Shown: piece by piece, positions 36,201 to 46,917 of the stretch
Numbering within the stretch: the stretch's first letter is position 1
Layout: each line of letters begins with the position of its first letter
DNA from: a virus
Strand: one strand, 5' to 3'
IMG/VR virus record: IMGVR_UViG_3300043449_000492
Coordinates: 1-64,000 of that record
DNA length: 64,000 nt
Notes under the pieces: generated by a model
The model's input: only the letters and a program-made list of their open reading frames with translations
The model's database searches: none
Told to the model about the DNA's origin: nothing
Program-made: the position numbers and the translations under genes

Positions 36201-36609
36201 TGTTACTAATCATGGATTTAGAACAGACGATTCGATTTATATGTGGTTCACTTCTGGTGATATCGCAAATGTCTCAAATGGCTACTATACAGTTTTTGTT
36301 AAAGACATAAATACAATGTATATCACAGATTTTGGTGAGAAGATCGGATCTAATGGTGAGCTTACAATCTATAGAGGTTATATGAATGCCACTCTCACTA
36401 GAGCCGATCATGGATATAGTATCGGTGATTATGTTAGAGTAATGTTCGATTCAGGTAATCTCGCCAATATATCAAACGGAATCTACTATGTCAATGATGT
36501 TGCTGATAGTAGCACCTACAACATTGCACACAGAAATATCATTATATCAGGAAATCTAACTAACTTATTACCAAATAATTCAGGTAATGTTTATGTATCT
36601 AAAGCATAA
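33292..36609 (+). CDS. gp7: baseplate wedge initiator
   Basis: KDFYRARGSEKS, YYQNYSYV, HPAGMKLFG; C-terminal HG-repeat domains. Confidence 0.85.
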   Translation: MDNSNNKTSLLISSQVPQFVKDDHETFVNFLEDYYKFLEQDGQLSYVQKNFLRFLDIDNINQDIKEDALFEGHTEEGGYHSFLQKMYDNFIALIPAKVLADRTLILKHAKDFYRARGSEKSVRFLLRILFNKEISFYYPRQDVLKASDGKWYIETAIRVGNIQVNNVSNTSAATKFVSKQIIGETSNTTAIVEFVDTFYDKGKLVTELKISNFDREFSASEIVHARYEENGEEKFLSGRLYSGSISYVSLIDGGVGYTLGEEIPIEGDGANAKIIVSRVTKGSLTSIGVLKPGAGFKVDDNIFILGGGGDGANGRVSIVDLSNKYHPNTYQIVADQIYLEANTPIGNTIYANLKPEIIDPANNWIANSMHYWAYANCGPVLFAELVREGEGYTSMPVADIQSNTAVRSLGIVGRMEIRRGGVNYQVGDTIEFDNPYGSFGTGAYANVTNVAANGMITSVNWVTQPGHFPGGEGYNQATLPLARVVSGTGSNAYIEVVATIGDGEQLIESSTTFGTILEIKVIAAGDGFTYAPLLNLANMSTGSNASALAYIVQGTYVYPGRYLNDDGHLSSYNFLEDRDYYQNYSYVVKIDEPISKYRKPLKDLTHPAGMKLFGQYDFVTNNSLNVRTSAANTINSKMVLSEYYVNTNDVTKSGSYNVKTLVGTYEPYIGTATFNIMPTSTTTYGSRNSRIYVKSFRHSYKSGQKVFLKFNQGYANIVNGLYTVVMANTNYFSVDVVNGNTNIITPKPNTSNLVLSSGSGNTVSFINVSYWVANSNNKFDVGDTLNVRGNLVSVVYASQNSATFAVFPAVSGNISGEDFIVLQQPYPANGNVIIYDPKIRINYSDKRQTANASVYLKFQTDDTTYENTFYEVTTANSVAFSVQHSNIANAIVKNGLVRVYSNTIVVTANSHDIVEGESIYLTFTTGDVANATSNFYNVYHSTANTFNIDTPNTVMTGGAVDIKTANITVTVTNHGFRTDDSIYMWFTSGDIANVSNGYYTVFVKDINTMYITDFGEKIGSNGELTIYRGYMNATLTRADHGYSIGDYVRVMFDSGNLANISNGIYYVNDVADSSTYNIAHRNIIISGNLTNLLPNNSGNVYVSKA

Positions 36610-36635
36610 ATAATGTCAGATGAAGGAACACGTTT

Positions 36636-37961
36636 TTGACCGCTATTAAGTCTAAAGATTTACAAATCTTCAATGCAGCACGTTTTAAGAAATCCGTGTC
36701 TGGCGTTGGAGCTGCTAATGTTTACTTCACATTTGGAAGAGCATATGCATGGGAAGATGAGTTCGATCCCCCTTTAGCAAATACAAGTATTGATGCATAT
36801 TATGAAGTATGGGATAATATGATCGGCGGTAAGAAAGTTACCGGTAACAATGTTCGTCATGCTATTCCTCGTAATAACTGGACTTCGGGTGCAATCTATA
36901 ATGGTTATGATAATTCTATAGATTCAAATGTTCTTATGAATGGAGAAGTCCCGTTCTATGTCGTTACCGACGAATGGAACGTCTATAAGTGTATTAGTAA
37001 TAACTATGGGGCTCTTTCTACATCTAAGCCAATTTCAATCTCAACAACATCTGATGTTCAGACACAAGACGGTTATATCTGGAAGTATATGTATACCGTA
37101 ACTGCAGAAGAGCAGCTACGATTTGTCACTGACGACTTTATTCCTGTTAGAACACAAGACATTAACGATCAATCACTGCAGTGGCAGGTTCAGAACAACG
37201 CTATCTCCGGTGCCATACATTATATTAAAGTTCTTGAGGGCGGCACATTTTATGCTAATGATATCTCCGTCATCATCAAAGGTGACGGTCAGGACGCTAA
37301 TGCTTTTGCTGTCAGAGACGTTACATCAAATTCAATTTCTGAGATTGTTGTTGATAATCTAGGCATCAATTACACATATGCTGCAATCTCATTCTATTCT
37401 ACGTCTGATGGCAAAGGTGCAGTAGCCCGAGCGGTCATTAGTCCTCCAGGCGGTCATGGATCGGATCCACTTGCTGAGCTTGGTGGTTCAAACATCATAA
37501 TCAATATGACGCTCAAGAATTATGAATTTGGTAAGTTGCCAGTTACAAATGAGTATAGACAGATTGCGCTTGTCGATAGTCCTCTAGTATATAATAAAGA
37601 CACTATTAGCTCAAACGCTGTTGTATCACAAACCACACAGATTGAATTGAATGGTGTGTCATCAGATTACTCAGTAGATGAATGGGTGTTCCAAGGCAGA
37701 AGCTTACCTAATTATACATTCAAGGGTAAAATTGTTGAATGGGATTCAGCAAACAATCTTCTTAAACTTGCTAATGTTACAGGTAAGCCTAAATCAGAGC
37801 TTTTGATTGGTGCTAATACAACGGCAGCTCGATTCCTGTCATCAATTACATATCCAGATTTACAACCTCGTTCTGGAAAAATTCTATATATAGATAACAT
37901 ACTCCCTATTGAACGTGCCGCAGATCAGGCCGAAGATTTCAAACTAGTTTTAAAGTTCTAA
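36636..37961 (+). CDS. gp8: baseplate wedge subunit
   Basis: VYKCISNN, DGYIWKYMY, PPGGHG, SGKILYIDN. Confidence 0.92.
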   Translation: MTAIKSKDLQIFNAARFKKSVSGVGAANVYFTFGRAYAWEDEFDPPLANTSIDAYYEVWDNMIGGKKVTGNNVRHAIPRNNWTSGAIYNGYDNSIDSNVLMNGEVPFYVVTDEWNVYKCISNNYGALSTSKPISISTTSDVQTQDGYIWKYMYTVTAEEQLRFVTDDFIPVRTQDINDQSLQWQVQNNAISGAIHYIKVLEGGTFYANDISVIIKGDGQDANAFAVRDVTSNSISEIVVDNLGINYTYAAISFYSTSDGKGAVARAVISPPGGHGSDPLAELGGSNIIINMTLKNYEFGKLPVTNEYRQIALVDSPLVYNKDTISSNAVVSQTTQIELNGVSSDYSVDEWVFQGRSLPNYTFKGKIVEWDSANNLLKLANVTGKPKSELLIGANTTAARFLSSITYPDLQPRSGKILYIDNILPIERAADQAEDFKLVLKF

Positions 37962-37976
37962 AAGGAAAAAAGTAAA

Positions 37977-40900
37977 ATGGCTGACAATGTTGATGTTACC
38001 GCAAATTCAGAATTTTTCTATTCTAATGTGCGATCGGTTACGACTAACTTTAACGTAAGTCCGTATTACGACGATTATGACGGTACATCTAATTACTATA
38101 AAATTCTTTTTAAGCCAGGTTATGCGGTTCAGGCTAGAGAACTTACACAGATTCAGTCTATTCTTCAAGAGCAGATCAATCGTTTTGGTCAGCATATCTT
38201 TAAAGAAGGTAGCATGGTTCTTGGAGGAAAATATAATATCGACACCAGAGCCCACTATGTTAAAGTAAAAGATTTTGATTTGTTTGACAATAAAGTTAAT
38301 ATTGACAATTTTAAAAACGAAATTGTTACTGGTCAGCTAACAGGTATCAAAGCATACGTTAATCTTGTAATTGATGGTTCAGAAGGAACCGATACGCCCA
38401 AGACACTTTATGTAACTTATATGTCAGGTAATTCAGATACTGATGAAGTTGTATTTGTTGCTGATGAACCTCTAGTTTCAAATGTTGGTACTCTTATTGT
38501 AGGAAATACTGTTCCTGTTGGTTATGGTTCTGTATTCACAGTCAATGAAGGTATTCGATTTGCTAAAGAGCATTTCATCTACCATAATAAACAGTCAGTA
38601 GTTGTTGATAGATATGACATATTTCCAACATGTAAGGTAGGCTTTGTTCTTGATGAGACAATCATCAATCCATCACAAGATTCTTCGCTACTTGATCCAG
38701 CATTGGAAGCATCAAACTATGCTGCACCCGGTGCAGATAGATTTAAAATTATTCCAACTCTTACTCGTTTGGATATTGACGATGAAGCAGGATTTCCTAA
38801 TTATGTAAATCTATTCACTATTGATAAGGGCAATGTTACTGAGCTTAATGAAAGACCTGTCTATAATGTTATTGCGGATGAAATTGCTAAGAGAACCTAC
38901 GACGAATCAGGTGATTACTATGTTCGTGGTTTCAATACTGTAATTGAGGAACATCTTGATCTTGGAAATGGTGGATATCTTATAGAGTCTAGAGGTGGAG
39001 ATTCTCAGTTACTTTCAATTCAGGTCGAGCCTGGAACTGCTTATGTCAAAGGTTATGAAGTTAACAAGCTTGTTACTGAGTTTTTGACTACAGAAAAGGC
39101 AACATCATTTGCTAATGTCAATGGACAAATTATATCATCGAAAGTTGGTAGCTATATTATAGCAAACAATGTCGTTGGTGCTTGGAATGTTAATATTGGT
39201 CAGAATATTGATCTGTATGATACTGCACAAAAGCGTGTCTTTTTAGGAACTGCATCAACAGCTTCACAGACTGGTAAAAAAATTGGAACTGCCAGAATCA
39301 AATCTTTGTCTAAAGAAGGCGGAAAGTTAGGTTCGCCTGATGGAGCTATTCGTATTCACTTATTCGATGTTAATATGCTCGGATCAAATTCATTTTCTTC
39401 TGTAAAGAGTGTTTACTACAATAATTTGACCACAGCAGATATGGGTGCAGACGTTGTATTAGAATCAGGTTCTGCTAAAATTGCTGACGTATATTCTCCT
39501 CTTCTATATTATGTAGGTTCAAACTACACAAAAACAATTCGTTCACCAGACGGAACGGTTGATACATCTTTCTTCTTTAAGAGAACAACGGACGTTTCTA
39601 TTGATTCATCTGGAGCATTTTCACTCACATCACCAATCGCTTCAGAGAATTTTCCATATGGAACAACTACTCTTTCAGCTAGTGATCTTGATGATATCTT
39701 TTTAAATCTTAATCTAGATAGTCCTATTACTATCGACATAGGAACTGCATCTAGTGGAGCAGGAACAACTGTTCTTAGAACATCAGGAACAGGATTTAGC
39801 ACTCTTAATATTGGCGACAAGATTACTCTTTCAGGAAATGGTAAAATTTACGTTGTTAGTTCAATTGCTAACAACAATACTCTAACAGTAACTCAGACAT
39901 TGCCATCAAGTGTAAGTGCAGCAAACACAATCTATAAGACTTTTCTTAATGGTGACACTATTGAGCTAACGGGCGCCGGTACCGGGGGAAGTAGAAGCGT
40001 TTCAGCTACGCCACTGGCACTTAACTTTAACATTGCTGAAAATTTTGGAACTTCTGTTACAGGCACAGTTACCTATACAATGTATAAATCAAATGCCAGA
40101 GAAATTCGAAAAGTTCTAAGACGCAATCGTTACGTTCTAATCGATTGTTCTACTGCAGGAACTTCTGGTTCATATTATCTAGGTTATTCTGACATTTATG
40201 CTGTTAAATCTGTGCGTAAGGCAACATCATTTACTGCAGTGACTGATGGTGACGATGTTGGATTAAGAACTACTATTGATAGAGGTCAAAGAGATAATTA
40301 TTATGGTACAGGAAAACTTTTTTATAATGGCACACTCACAGCATCCGACAAGCTTTTAGTATGTTTAGATTATTTTGAACCTGATTATACTCTTGGCGTA
40401 GGATATTTCTCCATTGATTCTTATCCAATCGATGATACTGTACCTTCTGCAGACCAGATTAGAACACAAGATATTTCATTCTATATCTCTAAAGATACTG
40501 GTAAAACATATGATTTGAGAAACCATTTAGACTTTAGACCTGTATTTACTAATACAGCAGGTGATGCTACAACAATTGATCAGGTTTTAAACAATGTTGC
40601 AAATAAAAATCCTCCTCAGTCAACGACATTAAGATATGAAGCTAATGGTCTTAGAATACCCGCAGATTCTGAATCAATTATCTATGACTATTCATACTAT
40701 CTCGCTAGAAAGGATATTGTCACCTTAAATAAAAAAGGTGATTTTATGATAATCAAGGGTGTTCCTGCATCAGTTCCTATAACTCCAGCATGTCCACAAC
40801 ATTTAATGTCGATTGCAAAACTTTTTATACCTCCATATCCTTCACTTTCGCCAAGCTATGGTAGATTAATACAAAGAATCGATCTTGCTGCTCATTCAGA

Positions 40901-43900
40901 AAGAACTTCTCAAGTTCGATTCACAATGAAAGATATTGGTGTATTAAAGCAGAGAGTTGACAATCTGGAAAATTATGTGTCACTTTCTCTACTAGAGAAA
41001 TCTGCTCTTGATATGAAGATTTTAGATGAAAATGGACTAGATAGATTTAAGAACGGTATCTTTGTAGATTCATTCACATCATTTGCATTGTCTGATTATA
41101 ACAATCCGGATCATCATATTTGTTATGATCCTAAAGAAGGCTCAATTCGTCCTCTTTTCAATTCACACGGATTAGGTTACAAATACTTTTCAGGTTCTAA
41201 TATTGTAGTTGAAAATAATCTTCTAATGCTTCCTTATACGGAAGTAATGGCACTAACACAACCATATGCTACAACTACTCGTAATGTTGAGACAACCGTA
41301 TATCGATTTATCGGAAAACTATTCTTAGATCCTGATTCTGACTATTGGGTAAATACTGATCGTTTGGCTAGTCAGACTTTCAATTTTGGTGCCACAGATG
41401 CTGATGTGACCCCTTACTCAATTGTTTACGCTTCTTGGCAGACAACTGTAACAGGAGTGACAACTACAGATCCTGTTCTTATCTCTTCTGCAACTGCTTT
41501 AAGTTCAACTTCTCAGACAATCGGCGGAGGACCAGCAGGTGAACAGTCTATTGCTGCATTCTATCAAGGAACGGACATTCTTGATAATATTGGTTCACTT
41601 ATCGATACTTACGGTGCAGATACTCCAGTCACTTGGACGACCTGGGTTGATGGTTATGCAACCAATCATAATGCTACTTTAGGAGATTTTTATCCTGTTG
41701 GTAGATATTTTGGTATTGCTGGAGAAGCAACAACAGCAACAAATTTATATCAACAAATAGGACCAACTATAGGACAATATGCCGGTATTATTAGTCCAGC
41801 AGATAAATTATGGATTTTGCAAAATCCAGGAACTATTGACGTTACTACAACGACAACAACTGCTACAACAACTAATACATATCAAACAACAGCAACAACA
41901 GGTACGCAAGCTACTAGAAACTATAAAGAAACATTTCAGACACTTAAGACCGAATCACATAGCATTGGTGACAAGGTTACAGCAGTTGCTCCAATAGCTG
42001 ATATTCGTCCTCAGACAATTGCGTTCGAAGGGGCAGGTCTCAAGGCAAGCACACGATACTATGTGTATTTTGACGGACAACTTATGTCTGCATATGTAAC
42101 TCCTGGTATAGCTAGTTCAATTCCTTCTAGTTTAGGTAACAATAAGTTTAAAAATCTTATTACTGCTACTGATGTTGAAGGTGGAAAGCTATATTCAGAT
42201 GCTAACGGCTACGTTCATGGATTTCTAAGACTTCCTGTCAATGCTACAAAAACATTTAGAACTGGTACTAAGGAAGTTATTCTTACCGATAGTCCTACAA
42301 ATGAGCCTGATGCTACAGCAGCTGCAAAGGGATACTTTGTAGCACAAGGTATAACACAGACTATTCAAGAGACAATTATCTCAACAGGTCAGGTTATTAC
42401 TACTGAAAAGAGTGGTACAGAATCACAACCAATTCGTTATTCTACGACAACAAACACTTATAGCACAGTAACTTCTACCACAGATGTTGTTGTTGCTAAT
42501 AATAGTATTCCAGGATCTTTAACATTTAATTATATTGATAATCCAAGTTGTATGGCTTATTCATTTAAGCTAACAACACCAAATGCAGAAGAAGGAACAT
42601 TTCTTTCAAGTATTGATGTGTTCTTTGCTGAAAAAGATCCAAATCTTGGTGTTTGGTTTGAAATTCGAGCAATGGATAATGGAGGAACAATCACAAAAAC
42701 TCAAGTTCCTGGATCTGAAGTTTGGCTACAATCAAATCAGGTCAATACTTCCGACAACGGATCGGTGGCAACAAACATTAAGTTTAAAGATCCTGTATTT
42801 TTAATGAACAACCAGGAATATGCTTTCATCATTCATACTGTTGGAATCAATCCAAACTATTATATGTATGTTTGTGTGCTTGGTCAAGCTGACATTATCA
42901 CTAATCAAAAAATCAATAATCGTCCTCTTACAGGCACTTTATTCACCACAAATAATAATACAGATTGGGATATAGTACCGAGAGTGGATCTTAAGATCAC
43001 ATTCAATCGTGCTAAGTTTAGTACCGATGTTGTTGGTGAAGCGATTATTGGTAATAAACGTAATGAATATGTTCAACTTCCATTAACTCAAGCTACGGGT
43101 TCTAATACTGCATGGTTTGGCGATAGAATTAGAGGAAATGATAAGTTACAACTTCAAGCTCCAACTGGTCCTATTAGCGTGGGTGATTATCTGATTGGTC
43201 AGGTAAGCTCAACTAATACAGCAGTTAAAGCTATTGATGGTTCGACATATTCAATGAGTGGCACAGGTTATGTTCAAAATGAGAACATTTCTGTAAGACG
43301 AGCAAACGGAAGTCTTGCAACTGGAGTTACTTCGTCTGTTGTCTCAACTAATACTGCTACTGGAGCAATCTATAAAGTTACACCAAAAAATGACATTACA
43401 GCATTTAATGGAAATAGTGCTATTCTTATTGTTGAAGATTCAAATGGGCTATTTGAGGCTAATGATACACTTCATATGGAATTGACTGGATCAACAGTCT
43501 TCGTAAATAAAGTCACAAAGATGCGTTATTCTTCAATTCAATTTGAACCAAGCTATCTTGATTTTATTCCAACAGATATTAGTTTCTCTATGCTAACAAC
43601 TAGCAATAGCGGTTCAGTAGGCGAATATCAATCAATCGTTGTTAGTAATCCAATGGATTTTGATGATGAAAAAGCATTGTATTCACATTCTGCAGAAATT
43701 GCAAACTTTGGTGGAGCTCCCTCTAATCGTGTCAAGATTAGAATGACAACCACTTCAGATTATTTGACACCTATTGTCAATCTAGATAGAACATACTCAG
43801 TTTATATTGATAATCTTATTAACTCAAATACTTCTGGTGAGCTTTCATCATCTGGTGGAGGTCTAAAAGATAAATACCTTTCACAGGTTGTCACTCTGGC

Positions 43901-44294
43901 TGACGGTCAAGATGCTGAGGATCTAAGAGTAGTTCTAACAGCATATCGTCCACCAGGTTCCAATTCAGATATTAAGGTATATGCTCGTATATCTAATGCT
44001 GAAGACTTTGAATCTATTAAGAGTAGAAATTGGTTCGAACTAACTCCATATGATTCATCTGTCTATTCTTCACTTACTAATAGAAAAAATTGGAGAGAGT
44101 TTCAGTATAAAATTCCAGATAGTCTCATGACTGGATCTAATGATCAGGATGATCCAATTGTTCGATATACAAACTCTGCCAACACTGTATTTGAAGGATT
44201 TAAGCAATTCCAAATCAAAATTGGTCTAGTTTCGGACAATAGTGCAATATATCCAAGAGCTACTGATCTTCGTGTTATTGCTCTACAAAAGTAA
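37977..44294 (+). CDS. large virion structural protein (VrlC/DUF4815-like)
   Basis: NVSPYYDD, QARELTQIQ, RTYDESGDY, LDRFKNGIFVD, DLRVIALQ. Confidence 0.85.
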   Translation: MADNVDVTANSEFFYSNVRSVTTNFNVSPYYDDYDGTSNYYKILFKPGYAVQARELTQIQSILQEQINRFGQHIFKEGSMVLGGKYNIDTRAHYVKVKDFDLFDNKVNIDNFKNEIVTGQLTGIKAYVNLVIDGSEGTDTPKTLYVTYMSGNSDTDEVVFVADEPLVSNVGTLIVGNTVPVGYGSVFTVNEGIRFAKEHFIYHNKQSVVVDRYDIFPTCKVGFVLDETIINPSQDSSLLDPALEASNYAAPGADRFKIIPTLTRLDIDDEAGFPNYVNLFTIDKGNVTELNERPVYNVIADEIAKRTYDESGDYYVRGFNTVIEEHLDLGNGGYLIESRGGDSQLLSIQVEPGTAYVKGYEVNKLVTEFLTTEKATSFANVNGQIISSKVGSYIIANNVVGAWNVNIGQNIDLYDTAQKRVFLGTASTASQTGKKIGTARIKSLSKEGGKLGSPDGAIRIHLFDVNMLGSNSFSSVKSVYYNNLTTADMGADVVLESGSAKIADVYSPLLYYVGSNYTKTIRSPDGTVDTSFFFKRTTDVSIDSSGAFSLTSPIASENFPYGTTTLSASDLDDIFLNLNLDSPITIDIGTASSGAGTTVLRTSGTGFSTLNIGDKITLSGNGKIYVVSSIANNNTLTVTQTLPSSVSAANTIYKTFLNGDTIELTGAGTGGSRSVSATPLALNFNIAENFGTSVTGTVTYTMYKSNAREIRKVLRRNRYVLIDCSTAGTSGSYYLGYSDIYAVKSVRKATSFTAVTDGDDVGLRTTIDRGQRDNYYGTGKLFYNGTLTASDKLLVCLDYFEPDYTLGVGYFSIDSYPIDDTVPSADQIRTQDISFYISKDTGKTYDLRNHLDFRPVFTNTAGDATTIDQVLNNVANKNPPQSTTLRYEANGLRIPADSESIIYDYSYYLARKDIVTLNKKGDFMIIKGVPASVPITPACPQHLMSIAKLFIPPYPSLSPSYGRLIQRIDLAAHSERTSQVRFTMKDIGVLKQRVDNLENYVSLSLLEKSALDMKILDENGLDRFKNGIFVDSFTSFALSDYNNPDHHICYDPKEGSIRPLFNSHGLGYKYFSGSNIVVENNLLMLPYTEVMALTQPYATTTRNVETTVYRFIGKLFLDPDSDYWVNTDRLASQTFNFGATDADVTPYSIVYASWQTTVTGVTTTDPVLISSATALSSTSQTIGGGPAGEQSIAAFYQGTDILDNIGSLIDTYGADTPVTWTTWVDGYATNHNATLGDFYPVGRYFGIAGEATTATNLYQQIGPTIGQYAGIISPADKLWILQNPGTIDVTTTTTTATTTNTYQTTATTGTQATRNYKETFQTLKTESHSIGDKVTAVAPIADIRPQTIAFEGAGLKASTRYYVYFDGQLMSAYVTPGIASSIPSSLGNNKFKNLITATDVEGGKLYSDANGYVHGFLRLPVNATKTFRTGTKEVILTDSPTNEPDATAAAKGYFVAQGITQTIQETIISTGQVITTEKSGTESQPIRYSTTTNTYSTVTSTTDVVVANNSIPGSLTFNYIDNPSCMAYSFKLTTPNAEEGTFLSSIDVFFAEKDPNLGVWFEIRAMDNGGTITKTQVPGSEVWLQSNQVNTSDNGSVATNIKFKDPVFLMNNQEYAFIIHTVGINPNYYMYVCVLGQADIITNQKINNRPLTGTLFTTNNNTDWDIVPRVDLKITFNRAKFSTDVVGEAIIGNKRNEYVQLPLTQATGSNTAWFGDRIRGNDKLQLQAPTGPISVGDYLIGQVSSTNTAVKAIDGSTYSMSGTGYVQNENISVRRANGSLATGVTSSVVSTNTATGAIYKVTPKNDITAFNGNSAILIVEDSNGLFEANDTLHMELTGSTVFVNKVTKMRYSSIQFEPSYLDFIPTDISFSMLTTSNSGSVGEYQSIVVSNPMDFDDEKALYSHSAEIANFGGAPSNRVKIRMTTTSDYLTPIVNLDRTYSVYIDNLINSNTSGELSSSGGGLKDKYLSQVVTLADGQDAEDLRVVLTAYRPPGSNSDIKVYARISNAEDFESIKSRNWFELTPYDSSVYSSLTNRKNWREFQYKIPDSLMTGSNDQDDPIVRYTNSANTVFEGFKQFQIKIGLVSDNSAIYPRATDLRVIALQK

Positions 44295-44303
44295 GGAATT
44301 TTT

Positions 44304-44561
44304 ATGGACGTTTTAGATTATCTTTACTTAAACGGAGAAAAGAAAACCGCCCCTTTACCTTCTATAGATACAAAAACAGATGTAGACGGCTATTATAAAA
44401 CTTCAGCGGGAGCGGTAGTCTCTAAAGATGATAATATTCTTAATGCTTATAAGAAGCAAAAGGTAAAACAAGCACAACTAAATAGTATGAAGAATGACAT
44501 AGATCAGCTAAAGAACGACATGTCGGAAATCAAAGAATTGCTCAAAGGACTTGTAAAGTAA
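44304..44561 (+). CDS. small virion protein with coiled-coil end
   Basis: LKNDMSEIKELL; position after VrlC-like gene. Confidence 0.7.
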   Translation: MDVLDYLYLNGEKKTAPLPSIDTKTDVDGYYKTSAGAVVSKDDNILNAYKKQKVKQAQLNSMKNDIDQLKNDMSEIKELLKGLVK

Positions 44562-44562
44562 T

Positions 44563-46641
44563 ATGGCATTATTAGCAAACGTATCCCTTCAAGACACATT
44601 TGATACCTGGCGCATTAGAACTAATCAGCTAATTGCAGTATCAGAACAAGCATATGAAATCTCGTTATTGTCTGCTAATGCTGTCGGCAATACAATCAAT
44701 GTTACCATGGCATATTCAAATGATACGTCCAATAGCTTTAGAACTATAGCATATGCTTATTCAAATAACATGGGCAACACAGTTAATAGTTATGTTACCT
44801 ATGCTATTGGTCTTATCGACATTAATATGCAATCTTCTATGGTTTACTCCAATGCAGTTGGCAATAGCGTTAACTCATTTACAAGATCATCATATACAAC
44901 ATTAGCTAATGGTCGAGCAGCTTTCACCACTGCCAACTCAAAAATTGCTACGGTTGCAGGAAATGCTGGTCGTATCCTTGTTACCAATACAACAGCTGGA
45001 GCAAATATTACTGCTACTGTTGATCTAGCATCAATTGTTACCGCAACAAACTATACTGGCGGTATTTCAGCTATCAATGTCGATGCTTACGGTCGTGTTA
45101 CCGGTGTCTCAGGTAATGCTAACTATCAGCCTAATTTGGGATTCACTCCTGTCCAGCAGGGCGGTGGAACTAGTCAATCATCAAATAAGATTTATATTGG
45201 TTGGTCTGCAGGAAGTGTTCTTAGACTTCAAGTCGATGCGACTGACTTTGGCGCATCTTGGCCGATAAATGTTACAGGTACTTCAAGCTATTCTACAACA
45301 TCGGGAACATCTGCACTAACTAATCAAACATCATGGACTAATCTGACAGTTACAAATTCTCTTTCTGCTCCAATTATGTATGATTATAATAATACAAGTT
45401 TCTATGTCAATCCTAATGGAACTTCTATTTTTTCAGTTCTATCAGTAGGACGTGTAGCAGCAGGATATGATTCTGGAGTAGGAAACTCTATTAATTGTAA
45501 TGGCTGGTTTAGATCAGGTGGTGCAACTGGTTGGTTTAATGGTGATTACGGCGGCGGCATCTATATGACCGACACCACTTGGGTTAGAGTCTATGGTAGT
45601 AAAGCGTTTTGGGCGGCAGGGACTATTCAATCTGATACGGATTTAAGAGCACCATTATTATATGATACAAATGACACAAGCTACTATCTGAACCCTAATT
45701 CAACTTCAAGATTATTTACTCTAAACACTTTGAATCAGATTAACGCTCAAGGTAATCAGGGAATCGGAATCCAGAATGCTACTAGTGGCGCAGGTGGTAT
45801 AATGGTTCAGGGCTCAGGCTCTGCAGCATTCATGTCATTTCATAGACCGGGCGCATATGCTTCTTATTTTGGTATTGATACAGATAATCAATTTGCTGTC
45901 GGCGGATGGTCTGCAGGTGCAGGACTTGCTTATTTCAAAGCGGCTGGTATTGGTGTAGGAACAGCAGCAACCGGACCAGGCAACATCAATGCAACTGGCA
46001 CCATGACGGCTGCTGCCCTTGGCGGCGCAGCAGCTACAGGTGTAGGAGCGTCTGGAACTTGGAATATTAGTTCTAACAATGGTAGAACATTGTTGCAAGA
46101 TACTATTATTGCAAATGGAGCTGGTGATGTAGGAGCTCCGTATACGTTCTCTGGTAATCCTGACTACAATACTTTCGAAATTGAACTTATAAACCTTTTA
46201 CCACAACTTAATTTGAATTATTTGTATATAAGATTTACTCAGGACGGAGCGTATAGAGGAGAGTCATTATATTCTTCGACTATTGTAGGACCTGGTAGCA
46301 CGCAGCAATATCAGAACTCAAAGACCGTCGGATTTCTTACCAGTTATGCAGGAGGATTTTACAGTTACTCTCCTCTAATTTATGCTGGATGGGTTTCAAA
46401 CACTGCCGCTCTTGGAGGCGTTAACGGCACTCTACGTATGACATTTCCTCATGATGGATCAAATTATAAGTCTATGTATGGTTTTGTCAATTATAGACAA
46501 GCTGACTCTACTACTTATCAGTTAAACACTTCCACTAATATATCATTGGCTAGACTTGCAGCTGTTCAAGGATTTCAGATATTTTGGGATCATGGTGCAT
46601 TCGCTAGTGGACGTATTCGTGTGTATGGTTATAAGGTATAA
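44563..46641 (+). CDS. tail fibre protein
   Basis: DTFDTWRIRTN anchor; VDAYGRVT; GWFRSGG..GGGIYMTDTTWVR; C-terminal GRIRVYG head. Confidence 0.8.
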   Translation: MALLANVSLQDTFDTWRIRTNQLIAVSEQAYEISLLSANAVGNTINVTMAYSNDTSNSFRTIAYAYSNNMGNTVNSYVTYAIGLIDINMQSSMVYSNAVGNSVNSFTRSSYTTLANGRAAFTTANSKIATVAGNAGRILVTNTTAGANITATVDLASIVTATNYTGGISAINVDAYGRVTGVSGNANYQPNLGFTPVQQGGGTSQSSNKIYIGWSAGSVLRLQVDATDFGASWPINVTGTSSYSTTSGTSALTNQTSWTNLTVTNSLSAPIMYDYNNTSFYVNPNGTSIFSVLSVGRVAAGYDSGVGNSINCNGWFRSGGATGWFNGDYGGGIYMTDTTWVRVYGSKAFWAAGTIQSDTDLRAPLLYDTNDTSYYLNPNSTSRLFTLNTLNQINAQGNQGIGIQNATSGAGGIMVQGSGSAAFMSFHRPGAYASYFGIDTDNQFAVGGWSAGAGLAYFKAAGIGVGTAATGPGNINATGTMTAAALGGAAATGVGASGTWNISSNNGRTLLQDTIIANGAGDVGAPYTFSGNPDYNTFEIELINLLPQLNLNYLYIRFTQDGAYRGESLYSSTIVGPGSTQQYQNSKTVGFLTSYAGGFYSYSPLIYAGWVSNTAALGGVNGTLRMTFPHDGSNYKSMYGFVNYRQADSTTYQLNTSTNISLARLAAVQGFQIFWDHGAFASGRIRVYGYKV

Positions 46642-46650
46642 GGAATAAAG

Positions 46651-46905
46651 ATGAGTACCAAATTAAATTACCGACTTAGATTTGAAACAGATTCAGTTTT
46701 TAGATTAACTGATAATTTCATCATTTCTCCTCATATGGAAAAAGATTGGGCCGAATATCAAGCTTGGTTAAAGCAGGGTAATACCCCTTTACCTGCAGAA
46801 AATTTTATTACTCCTGAAACTGCAAGTCAACCTACTATTGAAGAAAAACTAGCATCTGTTGGATTGGATCTTAATGATCTTAAAAAAGCTCTAGGAATCA
46901 ATTAA
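46651..46905 (+). CDS. tail fibre assembly/chaperone-like protein
   Basis: DWAEYQAWLKQGNTPLPA; follows fibre. Confidence 0.65.
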   Translation: MSTKLNYRLRFETDSVFRLTDNFIISPHMEKDWAEYQAWLKQGNTPLPAENFITPETASQPTIEEKLASVGLDLNDLKKALGIN

Positions 46906-46917
46906 AGAAAGACCCCA

